Assembly (NCBI GenBank): GCA_030390025.1
Contig: CM059433.1
Coordinates: 2,914,001-2,978,000, forward strand
Origin: Squalus acanthias
Lineage: Eukaryota
Reading direction: 5' to 3'
DNA: 64,000 nucleotides
Shown one piece after another: positions 1 through 10,909 of this stretch (position 1 is its first letter; each line of letters starts with the position of its first letter). A program made the position numbers and the translations under genes. Below the pieces are notes generated by a model, which worked only from the letters and a program-made list of their open reading frames with translations, had not been told where the DNA came from and did no database searches.

Positions 1-536
1 CCAATAAAGATTGTTTGTTGCCTTTCCTTTGTGGGGCCAGGAAGGAAATCTTAGGCCTCCCCTTCCCCGGATTCCCCCTCTCCCCCTTCCAACCCCATTC
101 TGAAGGCAAGACCCTCTTGAGACAGCTCACAACCGAATCTGCCACTTACCTCCTGCCACAAGGCTGCCTGCGGGCTATGACATTTTTGGTGGGAAGTAGA
201 CCAGTGGCAACTTCTGGCGGTGTGGTCGTCAAACTAGCCTGGGTCTCAATTCTGCAGCAGTGGGTGAGATCCCAGCTTACCTTAACACCCGCCCACCCAA
301 AACTCACCCAGAGTTAAAACTGGGGCCACCATTTCTACTCCACTCACTATCTTACACGCCTCTTTTGTTGAATGTCTGTGGCACGGGTTTGGATTTTATA
401 ATTACGCAGCGATACGCAAAAATGTCTCAGATTCCATTTTCTCGGAATGAATAATATAAATGCTAATTGTAACTGTGAATATTTTCGCCCAGGCTGATGC
501 AAGTAGTCTATGGTACTATGTAAAGTTGTACGTCCC

Positions 537-698
537 CGAGGGGAAGCTGGATAAACACATTGGGGAGAAAGGAATAGAAGGATGTGTGGATGGGGTGAGA
601 TGCAGGAGGGTGGGAGGAAGGCTCGTGTGGAGAATAAACACCGGCACGGACCAGTTGGGCCAAATGGTCAGTTTCTGTGCTGTAAAAACTAGGTAATT
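537..698 (+). mobile_element. CR1 LINE 3' end fragment
   Basis: Encodes GKLDKHIGEKGIEG (CR1 ORF2 C-terminus). The 3' UTR resembles 60380-60528. Confidence 0.7.
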
Positions 699-934
699 AA
701 AATGTGATATGAGAAAACATTATCAGGAGTATTTGTCAACAAAATACTGGTATTTGATGTGACCTGAAGCTGTATACTGTATATACTGTAGTCAGCATAA
801 TGGACAATGTTTTGCCTGGGACCAACTCTGCATTCGTTACTCTGGAGTCACATGTTCCCTGCAGGTTGTGCAGGTAGAGATGACACATTGCTACCTATTG
901 GAGATACATTACAATGCTGTGAGCTGCTTTGCCC

Positions 935-1503
935 CAGGTGAGACCACATCTTGAGTATTGTGTGCAGTTTTGGTCGCCTTATCTGAGGAAGGATGTCTTT
1001 GCCATGGAGGGAGTGCAGCGAAGATTCACCAGGCTGATACCCGGGATGGCAGGAAAGGCGTATGAGGAGAGATTGGGTCGATTGGGCTTATACTCACTGG
1101 AGTTTAGAAGAATGAGAGGGGATCTCATTGAAACTTATAAAATTCTAACAGGACTAGACAGACTAGATGCAGGAAGGATGTTCCCGATGGCCGGGGAGTC
1201 CAGAACCAGGGGTCACAGTCTAAGGATAAGGGGTAAGCCATTTAGGACTGAGATGAGGAGGAATTTCTTCACCCAGAGAGTGGTGAACCTGTGGAATTAT
1301 CTACCACAGAAGGCAGTAGAGGCCAATTCATTAAATATATTCAAGAAGGAGTTAGATATATTTCTTAAAACTAAAGGGATCAAGGGATATGGGGAGAAAG
1401 CAGGGACAGGAATTTGGATGATCAGCCATGATCTCATTGAATGGCGGAGCAGGCTCCAGGGGCTGAATGGCCTACTCCTGCTCCTATCTTCTATGTTTCT
1501 ATG
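935..1503 (+). mobile_element. CR1 LINE, 5'-truncated (ORF2 C-terminus + 3' UTR)
   Basis: VRPHLEYCVQFWSP...LEFRRMRGDLIE...FFTQRVVNLWN motifs. Ends in a CTATGTTTCTATG tail. Confidence 0.93.
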
Positions 1504-2240
1504 ACAGATTGCCATGTTAAAGTGGAGCAGGGTAGAGGTTTGTGCTCAAAGGCCAGCTGTCAAAATGTATTCTTTCTAAATTGGGTCGAATTTCCGTATG
1601 CACTTGCATCCTTTTCCAGGATATGTATAATTGGTAGCTGCCGCTGCTATTGCTTTCACTCTCCCGCTCTGTCTTGTCTCATGTCAATTTTATAAAACAT
1701 TGCCACTATATCAATGCTGTCACCTGTCAGACTTTTACCCTTTGCTTCCATCAAATGCATCCATCCCTCCCTCTCAACATTGTCCAAAATATTTGTTTGT
1801 CTATTCTTTGCTTTTGACTGTCCAATTTTGACACGTCCGCTGCTCTCCAACCTTGGAAATTATACTAAGTTGGCATCTGACCCAAAGGGCCACAGGAATG
1901 ATCTATTCGCATGGAGGTGCAAAGCCGGGGAAGAGTGCTGCAGAGGTAGAGGGCTTTAATGCACCAGTTCAGTGTGGGGAAGCAGACTTCACTTAGCTGG
2001 TGGTAGGGCCGCAAGTATGGACAATATTCAAGCTGAGTTCCTCCAAGCTGTTCCAGGGGCAGAGGGCATCAGTGATCTCAGATAGCAATACCAGGAACCA
2101 TCAACTTGTTTTGGAGCTGCTCTTCTGAGGCTGGTGAATAGAATTCTGTTTGAGGCATGTATACTTTGGTGTTCCAGAGTGCATTGTGGATTCTAGTGAG
2201 CCTACTGAGGCATCTCATTGCTGTCAGTGGCTCGTAAGGC

Positions 2241-3368
2241 TGTGAAGGAATAAGCCATATAACCTATTCAGAAAAGTACACTATCTTATGAAAGAATTCT
2301 GGCCTTATTAAAACATTACAAACTGGGTTTGGAAATTTAGAAACCTAACTATTAAATAGCTATGAAAGAATTCTGGCTATTGAGATAAGACAATTGTTGA
2401 CCCTAAATAAATAACCTTATTGAAACAGAAGGTGCATGGCTCCGACAGGCTGACCTTTGGGAACAAAAACAATGGTTCACCCTGGATAAGGTGTTCTAAT
2501 TTAAACTTCGTAAAGATGGCACATAAGATAAGGAACATCTGCCCTCGTAAAGATGACAGAAAATAAGGAACACCTGCCTTTCACACCGTTCTATATGGTG
2601 ACCCTAGAACACCTGGAGATGAGACAAGATTCTGGCTGATGTAGCAGTAAGAATTGCAGAGGTCGACAGAAAGATGAATAGGGATAATTGACTTGCATCA
2701 GCAAAAACTTTAAAGGAAATACCACCGGAAAAGGGTATAAATATTGAAGTTTCAAATGGAATATCAGACTCGCTTTAATCGGGCAATGCGATTCTCGGCT
2801 TCAGAGGCGGTTCTGTAGTCTCCAACTCTTTGCACCTCGGGGATCAAAGGTATTTGATATTGATGGATATCCTGTAGAGAAACCTTTAAGAATTATAATA
2901 CTGTAGTGAAGTTAAGACTTAAAAGTAAGATTCTCTGTTAAAAAGATAGTATTTTTTCTCTTTTTAGAACTGTTAGTGTTGCGATTGACTGATTCACCAA
3001 CTGTAAATTGCATGTCGGTTCATTAATAAATCTCTAAATATTTTTAGAATTGTCTCACATAAGTCTTCTGTATCAATAACTCGCAAACTCAATCTCTGTA
3101 CACTCTTTGGTGAAGAGTTGCAGAATTCTGAGGGAGTTTTCTGGACCCGCATAATATCCGGGACGTTACAGTCTAGCTAAACTATCTGGAGGACGGTAAC
3201 ATTCTCGGGTTGTTCCTTTCCTTTAGGGAGAGATAGCCTGGACCTTTAGACCCAATTAAGCATCTTTAGGATTCGGCTACCTCAAACTTTAGATGAAATT
3301 GAACGTCTGAGAAATACGCCTGATCCGGGGTAGCCCTAAAGGGGCTAGGGCTAGTAAATATCCCTTCA
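2241..3368 (+). mobile_element. Solo LTR (ERV or Gypsy type), 1128 bp
   Basis: TG...CA ends with imperfect inverted repeat (TGTGAAGGAATA / TATCCCTTCA). 4-bp TSD AGGC at 2237-2240 and 3369-3372. U3-like direct repeats, TATAAA 2736-2741, AATAAA 3025-3030. Confidence 0.75.
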
Positions 3369-3742
3369 AGGCGGTTCCTTGGGTTGTAGCAGTGTGAATA
3401 TCAGATGCTCTGCAGGCCAACAGAACAATCTGAAAGAAACAAACTAGATTTTGATTTTTTGAGGAATGTGCAGAGTGTGTTGTGGCTTAATAAACAATGA
3501 TGGAGTGTTGCAATGTCCGGGATAAACCCATGTACGTTGTTTTATTTGATTTTCATAAAGCTTTTGACCAAGTGCCTCCTGCAGCTTTTGTGCAGAGCTG
3601 GAGGCTCTGGAGAGGCGAAAAACCAATTAAATACCCCAGTCAATTCGGGGGATAAAATCTGGAAAATTCCTATCCGACCCCCTCAGGTGATCAAAATTAG
3701 TCCAGGAGACCACTCTGGTCCTGATTAATGTTATACGGTAAT

Positions 3743-4182
3743 AACAACAGAAAGTGCTGGAAACACTCAGCAGGTCAGGCAGCATTGAGGAGAGAGAAAC
3801 AGAGTCAACGTTTCGAGTCGAGGACCCTTCGTCAGAACTGGAAAAGGTTAGGGAGGAGAGATTTTTAAGCAGGGGCAGGGAGGAGGGGAGGAAAGAACAA
3901 AGGGAAGGTCTGTGATAGGATGAAAGGCAGGAGAGATTGACTGACAAAAGGGATGATGGTGCGAGGGCAAAAGGAGATGGTAATGGGACAAGTTAAGAAA
4001 CAAAAGATGACTCTAGATGAGGTGTGAATGGTGATGGCAGCAACATTAACAGCTACCATGTGAGAAAACAAGAGAAAAAAAAATATAAAGAAATACAGAG
4101 GCCAATTCATAGTCTGAAATTGTTGAACTCGATGTTAAGTCCAGAAGGCTGTAAAGTGCCTAATAGAAAGATGAGGTGCTGT
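3743..4182 (-). mobile_element. Penelope-like element 3' end (GIY-YIG C-terminus + pseudo-LTR)
   Basis: Minus strand encodes QHLIFLLGTLQPSGLNIEFNNFR, followed by a pyrimidine-rich spacer and a hammerhead motif. Confidence 0.8.
3800..3842 (-). ncRNA. Minimal type I hammerhead ribozyme (Penelope-associated)
   Basis: Minus strand reads CAGTT-CTGACGA-A-GGGTC-CTC-GACTC-GAAA-CGTT-GACT: core boxes CUGANGA and GAAA, 5-bp stem II, short stem I, loopless stem III. Confidence 0.7.
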
Positions 4183-5624
4183 ATCTACCTCTTTTACGAG
4201 GTGATCTCTGCCCCAGCCAGAAACAGGTCCAGCTCTCGCTTAAGGGAATTCATCGAATCAGTGTTCACTGCATGAGCTGGCAGCCCGTTCCACGGGCCCA
4301 CTTGTAAGGAAAAGGTTAATTAAACTGTCTTGAAGACTCTATAGTAAAATTAACTTTTAGCATCTGCCTATTATGCAACTTTCTCTTGGAGGAATGAAAG
4401 TGTAGTCATAAGACATGCTTGCTTCATTTGGTATAAGTGTGTGTTTTAATATACGATGTAATTTGTCGGTTTAGACACTGGACTTAATTAAAAGAAATAC
4501 TTGGCAGAAACAGTCTTTCGCTGATAAGCGATTCAGCAGCAGGAAACTAACATCGCTGTGGGATAGTTAGGGATATTAACTCTTCCAAGGACATATCTGC
4601 CTAAGGAATGTGGTCAAGTGATAATGTCGCCTATAGGGGGGCTTTTGTTCATGAATCGCTCTGTAACTGTACCCAGTTGAATAATTTGATTGACACTTCA
4701 GTCAAGGTGAAGCTATCACAAAGTTTGGGAGTTGTACTTGTTATTGATAAAGGATAAGGGAAACAGCTAATTGAATGAGGTGTAACATGTGCATTCTCAT
4801 GGAGCAAGATTGGAGAAAAGGTGCAAATGAGTGGGTATTATGAGAGACATCTTAGAATTCAATGAGGCCTGATGAGTTTGAAAATCTTTGAGCTTGAAAC
4901 TGTAACGTGTTTGAATTATATGGTGAACTCGCTGTAAGTATACTGTTAAGTGCATGTTTAATTATTGTCAATAATAGTTATGACTGTATGCTTAATTCCT
5001 CTGAATGTCAATAAATGCTTTGAATCCTATTATTTTGAGGAGTAACTTATAAGTAAGAACAACCATCCTCTAACACACTGGGAAAAGAGAAATGGAAGGG
5101 ATTCCTCCAGCCCATGTGCAAGATGTACAGCCAAGCTGTGACTGCACCTTCAGATCAGAGAATGGGTCATGCCAGCAGTTTCCACTCATTTCAAATAGGT
5201 CAATTTTTCTAATTCTGAATGTGCAGCAGGGCTGCCAAGGCGGGTGGAAGTGAGTTGACTATTGTTTCTGAAACCCGCCACTGGGCCAAAATAAGGCTGG
5301 GAATCTATGCTGCTGCAAGCCTTTAAGGAGCCTGCAATGTGTTTGAGGGCGGTATTCCCGTACATGTAAATGGACTGAATCTGGAACGCCAGGAGGTGAA
5401 GTCAGGCACAAGTGTAAAGCAAACTGCCCAAATTGTTGTTAGGGCGAGGGGAAGGAAAATCAGCCCCTCTGTGTCAAAATTTTCAGATTAGTCATAGTAT
5501 GGGTCAGATGCATGTTAAAGCTCTCTGTATCCTGTCTGAACAACGTACCTTAATCTCAATTTTTGAGAATCTTGTGCAGCGAGGTAAATTGGTACATGGA
5601 ACCAGCTTACAGCCAGAATAGTAT

Positions 5625-5862
5625 CTGTATGGTAGTGTGGTGGACAAACAACCCAGATGTCAAGAGTTTGAATCACACCATGGCAAATTGTGAAACTGGA
5701 TTCAAGAAACTTGTCATTTGTAACCTAGCACAAAATGGGCCTGATTGTAATGAAAACCCAAATGGCTCACTGATGTCCATCACCCAGTTTGGCCTACATG
5801 CAACTCTAGTCCATACTACGTGGTTGATTCTTAATGCCCTCTAAAGTAGCCGAACAAGCCTT
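5625..5862 (+). mobile_element. Degenerate tRNA-headed SINE
   Basis: B-box-like GAGTTTGAATC. The 3' part (GTGGTTGATTCTTAATGCCCTC) matches the minus-strand SINE at 14620-14855. Confidence 0.5.
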
Positions 5863-6885
5863 TTAGCTGTAGGCATGGACAGTGTTGCCCAGATCCTGAG
5901 AACAAATGAACAAACCTAGAGTGGTGACATCTGATGTATATGTTGAACAATTACCTGAACCGTGTATATATGTAGTACCAGTCTGAAAGCCTGAGGCAGT
6001 GATGTTGTAAATAGTAGTCTTCCGTGCCCTCTGACTTCTGCTTGATGATATAAAGAACCAGATGAATAAAATACCCCGAATTGGACAGTATGAATTTTCC
6101 ATCTTTCGCAGCAACCATCCTCATGGCTTCTCTCAGCGAGGCTGCAGTTGTGCATTGATGCTTACAAAACATTGCTCTTTATAAAGAGCGATAAAGATCG
6201 AGCAGGGATTTCCCACACCCTTGACTCCAATTACACCTTTTCTCAGAATGCCAATCCCACCCGCTGCCAGTCAGAGTTATGCCTGTGGGTATCTTTCTCC
6301 AAGTCTGACAATGTCAATGTGGTCTAGTTTCTGCAGTGGCTGATGATAACATTCTTCCATGGGCCTCAACGTTTTTTTCTCCCTGAACTCAAATTGAATG
6401 ACCTCTCTATCTAAATGTTAATCTCTAAAGGTTAATGTTGTTCAAGACTGAATGAATGCAGTGGTGCTTGGAGGGCTGATTGTGGAGGTATCCAGACTGT
6501 AACTAGTAATCTTTTGGCAGCAATTTGTGTTTTGCTTTCAGCAATTCATTTTGCTTGCTGACTGCTAGTATCATACGAACGTTTTGGGATACTTTCCAAG
6601 GTGTCAGTTTCTTTACTATTTGGATGAAGCAAGTGTTTTAATTAACTTGCATCATGATAAATTGCTCTTCCATAGGCACTTTTACTGTGAGAGACTGACA
6701 TTGAAGCTAATTACATGATTGTCCCCCTATCAGCGATACCCAGAGATATAAAGTACACGACCTCCAGAGGCCCGACAACACAGTGGATCAAGACATTGCA
6801 GATGTTGGGAGCTGCTGTTTGGTTATATGTCTCCTGTACTGGCCTGCTAAATCGGTGGAGGTGATTCCATCTGCCTCTATGCTTT

Positions 6886-7072
6886 GGGGGTAATTTTAAC
6901 TTTTGGCAATATTGTAAAACGTGCGATATTGGATCGGCAACCGGTTATACACATTGCCCAATTTTCCTTTCTACTGAAGTCAATGGAAAGGAAAATTGGG
7001 AGAGGTGTATAACGGGTGGCCGATGCAATATTGCCAGTTTTACAATATCGGCAGAAGTAAAAATGATTCCCC
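6886..7072. mobile_element. Palindromic MITE (probably Harbinger-derived)
   Basis: GGGGGTAATTTT...AAAATGATTCCCC ends. The whole element is an imperfect inverted repeat; a half copy lies at about 47418-47503. Confidence 0.7.
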
Positions 7073-7833
7073 TTGTGTCCGAACACTATTTTAAATCTTA
7101 ATTTAAACAATCAGAAAAGCAGAACTGGCTCGGTATGGAACCCCAGGGGCAGCCTGAGGTTACCTCCACTGAGGCTACAGGAACAGCGACAATGGATCAC
7201 AGCACAAATGGGGGAGAGCAGCGAGCGGAAAACATGGGTCGACATTTGAGTGCCAACCCCCCGATTCCCAGATCTGGTCTCTGGGTCCAATTCCAATTCC
7301 AGGTGGCAGGAACATTGGTGGAGAGGAAATTCCCAGAATTTCCTCCCTTCAAACCCCAACCCCATCGACATCAGAGGCCATGTTTGGAATGACGGAGGTT
7401 CCGCCGGCCCCAGGAACCTGCACAACTTTGTAATCGGCGAGATTCTGAGTGGAGATCTAGCGCTTCCATCCTGTGTCTGACTTGTGCTGCAGTGCCATCA
7501 TTGGACCCACATGTTTTCCTAAATTTTAATCCAGGTATCGGGTTTCCTTTTCAAATCTCAGTTCCAGCTTTGACAAAATAGTTTCATACGCGTGTTCAGC
7601 AATTCAGTTTCAAATACATCACAAGTCTTGAAGTAAGTAGCAAACCAATTGATATATAAAACAGACATTTACAAAATAGAAACTACTTTGCAACTGTCAG
7701 ATGTTGAGGCACTTTTGACAATTATGCATTGTAACTCGGTACACTGAGCCATCAACGCTGTGTACTGTGACACACAGCATTTTAATTTACTGTCAGCAGT
7801 AAGTCAGGTGTCCAAATAGATGTTAGAGTCATA

Positions 7834-8718
7834 GGGGTAGAAATTAGGTCGCGCCCCATTTGGGGCGCAAATATCGTCCGGACGCAAATATTAGCGCCTG
7901 GCGCTAATTATCGGCACTGACGGGAAACTTCACTTTTACCGCCCCGGGAGGTGAGTGGAGCGCTAAAGCAGGCGCTGCACACCTCTCTTAAGGCGCAAAG
8001 GCCGAGCAGTGAGGCGCTAACTCGGAGCGCTGGCGAAGCTCATGTAATGTCAGTCAGCAATGGAACACACACACAATGGCACGGGCCAGTTCTTAAAGGG
8101 GATGGTTAATCTTGCTTTCCATCCACATCCTGTTCATTGCTGCCTTGAATCTCGGCCTGGAGAGACTTGCACATCAAATGTGCTGGAAAGAACAATGGAG
8201 AGCACCAGGCAAAGAGCTCAGAGTGCTGCTCCCACGGTCTCTGCTAAATCGATACAAGGAATGGCAAATCAAAATGAACCTGCAAAGTGCTGCTCAGTAC
8301 CCAAAACACCTTCACACAACGTTGAATCTCTCCAGAAGTCTCTCCCTCTCTCTCTCAGAATGCGTAGTTCAAAAATGCCACCAACAGTAAAAGACAGGAA
8401 GAGGCCCCCTTTAAATAGCGCCCCCCCCAGCGATTGATAGCGTTCCAGTCTTCTGGTCGTTGGAAGCGCCAGGCGGTAAGGCAGGGGGCGCCACTCAATT
8501 TCCGCTCCGGGGCGCCCCAAGGGCGTTGCACCATGGAATGACGTCACAATCTGCGCGCGCAGGTGGTCGCAGCGGTAAGTTTTAGCGCCGCCGCACAATC
8601 TCAAGTTAAGTTCTCGAGCGGCGCAATCATCGCTGCGCCCGGGCGTTAGCGGCTTTGCGCCCCATTAGCGCCCTCTTGAGGCGCTAACGGGTGGCGCAAC
8701 CAAGTGAATTTTTACCCC
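7834..8718 (+). mobile_element. Non-autonomous Harbinger-type element, copy A
   Basis: TIRs GGGGTAGAAATT / AATTTTTACCCC, 3-bp ATA flanks, many GGCGCTAA subterminal motifs. Confidence 0.8.
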
Positions 8719-8729
8719 ATAGAGTCACA

Positions 8730-9622
8730 GGGGGAAAAATTCAGTTGTTTGTGCCTCCCGTTAGCGCCTTAAGAGGGCGCTAATGGGGCGCAAATCATCT
8801 AGCGCCCAGGCGCGGCGATGTTTGCGCCGCTCACGAAATTAACTAGACATTTTGCGGCAGCGCTAAACACTACCGCCACGATCTCCTGCGCCGGCAGATC
8901 GTGACGTCAGTCGAGTGCGCAACGCCCCAGTATCTCCCCGGAGCGGATATTGAGTGGCGCCCCCTGCCTTACCGCCTGACGCTAGCAACGGCAGGTTGAG
9001 GGGAGCGTTTTGCAGTCATGAAGGGACTGGGGGAGCGCTATATAAAGGCGACCGCTTCCTGCCTTTTATTGTTGGTGCCATTTTTGAACCACGCATTCTG
9101 AGAGAGAGAGAGAGAGACTTCTGGAGAGATTCAATGCTGTGTGAAGGAGTTTTGGGTACTGAGCAGTACTTTGCAGGTTCATTTTGATTTGCCATTCCTT
9201 GTATCGATTTAGAAGAGATTGTGGAGGCTGCACTCTGAGCTCTTTCCCTGCTACTCTCCATTGTTCTTTCCGGCAGATTTGATGTGCAGGTCTCTCCAGG
9301 CCGAGATTCAAGGCTGCAATGAGCAGGATGTGGATGGAAAGCAAGATCAACCATCCCCTTTAAGAATTGGTCCGTGCCATTGTGTGTGTGTTCCATTGCT
9401 GACTGATATCACATGAGCTTCGCCAGCGCTCTGAGGTAGCGCCTCGCTCCTCGGCCTTTGCGCTTTAAGACAGGTGTGAAGCGCCTGATTTAGCGCTCCA
9501 ATCACCTCCAGGGGCGATAAAAGTCAAGTTTGCAGTCGGTGGCGATAATTAGCGCCAGGCGCTAATCTTTGCGCCCGGCCGATAATTACGCCCCAAATGG
9601 GGCGATACTGAATTTCTCCCCC
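8730..9622 (-). mobile_element. Non-autonomous Harbinger-type element, copy B (inverted relative to A)
   Basis: TIRs GGGGGAAAAATTC / GAATTTCTCCCCC. Reverse-complement homolog of 7834-8718 (paired ORFs 8060+ and 9396-). Confidence 0.8.
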
Positions 9623-10698
9623 ATAGAGTTATACAGCACAGAAAGAGGCCCTTCGGCCCATCGTGTCTGCGCCGGCCATCAAGCCCTGTCGAATCTAATC
9701 CCATTTTCCAGCACTTGGTCCGTAGCCTTGTATGCTATGGCGTTTCAAGTGCTCATCTAAATGCTTCTTGAATGTTGTGAGGGTTCCTGCCTCTACCACC
9801 CTTTCAGGCAGTGAGTTCCAGATTCCGACCACCCTCTGGCTGAAAAAGTTTTTCCTCAAATCCCCTCTAAACCTCCTGCCTCTTATCTTGAAACTATGCC
9901 CCCTGGTTATTGACCCCTCTACTAAGGGTAAAGTTCCTTTCTATCTACCCTATCTATGCCCCTCATAATTTTGTACACCTCAATCAGGTCCCCCCTCAGC
10001 CTTCTCTGCTCGAAGGAAAACAACCCCAGCCTGTCCAGTCTCTCTTCATAGCTGAAGCGCTCCAGCCCAGGTAACATCCTAGTGAATCTCCTCTGCACCC
10101 TCTCCAATGCAATCACATCCTTCCTATAGTGTGGCGACCAGAACTGCACACAGTATTCCAGCTGTGGCCTAACTAGCGTTTTGTACAGCTCCATCATAAC
10201 CTCCCTGCTCTTATATTCTATGCCTCGGCTAATGAAGGCAAGTATCCCATATGCCTTTTTAACCACCTTATCTACCTGTCCTGCTGCCTTCAGGGATCTA
10301 TGTACATACACACCAAGGTCCCTCTGATCCTCTGTCCTTCCTAGGGTCCTACCATTCATTGTGTATTCCCTTGCCTTGTTAGTCTTCCCAAAATGCATCA
10401 CCTCACACTTTTCAGGGTTAAATTCCATTTGCCACTGTTCTGCCCATCTGACCAACCCGTCTATATCGTCCTGTAGCCTGAGGCTTCCCTCCTCGCTATT
10501 TACCACTCCACCAATTTTCGTGTAATCTGCGAACTTACTGATCATACCTCCTACATTCATATCTAAATCATTAATGTACACTACAAACAGCAAAGGACCC
10601 AGCACCAATCCCTGCGGTACACCACTGGACACAGGCTTCCAGTGACAAAAACAACCTTCAACCATCACCCTCTGCCTCCTGCCATTAAGCCAATTGTT
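9623..10698 (-). mobile_element. CR1 LINE, 5'-truncated (RT domain + 3' UTR)
   Basis: SGVPQGLVLGP, KFADYTK, VRPQLEYCVQFW. Near-identical to the 3' part of 52305-56560 and to 62531-63183. Confidence 0.95.
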
Positions 10699-10909
10699 GA
10701 TTGAAACTATTCGAATTCACCAACTCAATAATGCAAAGAGAATACTTCAACTTAGCTACTCGGTATGACATAGAAATTAAAATAAACAGAAGGTCCATCA
10801 GTATCTGTAACAAGAAAAGACAGGTTAATGTTTTTGTGTAGGCCCTTCACCAGAACTAGGAATTGGAAAATAAATGTTCCCCTTTATAGGACTGAACAAG
10901 ATACAGAAT

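Noticed and set aside
8060..9396. Paired 125/126-aa ORFs (MEHTHNGT...)
   Set aside because: They lie inside two copies of a non-autonomous transposon, have no recognisable domain, and their similarity reflects the repeat.
10790..10860. Third hammerhead-like motif
   Set aside because: The core is mutated on the minus strand (CTGGTGA...AAAA); at most a decayed Penelope end.
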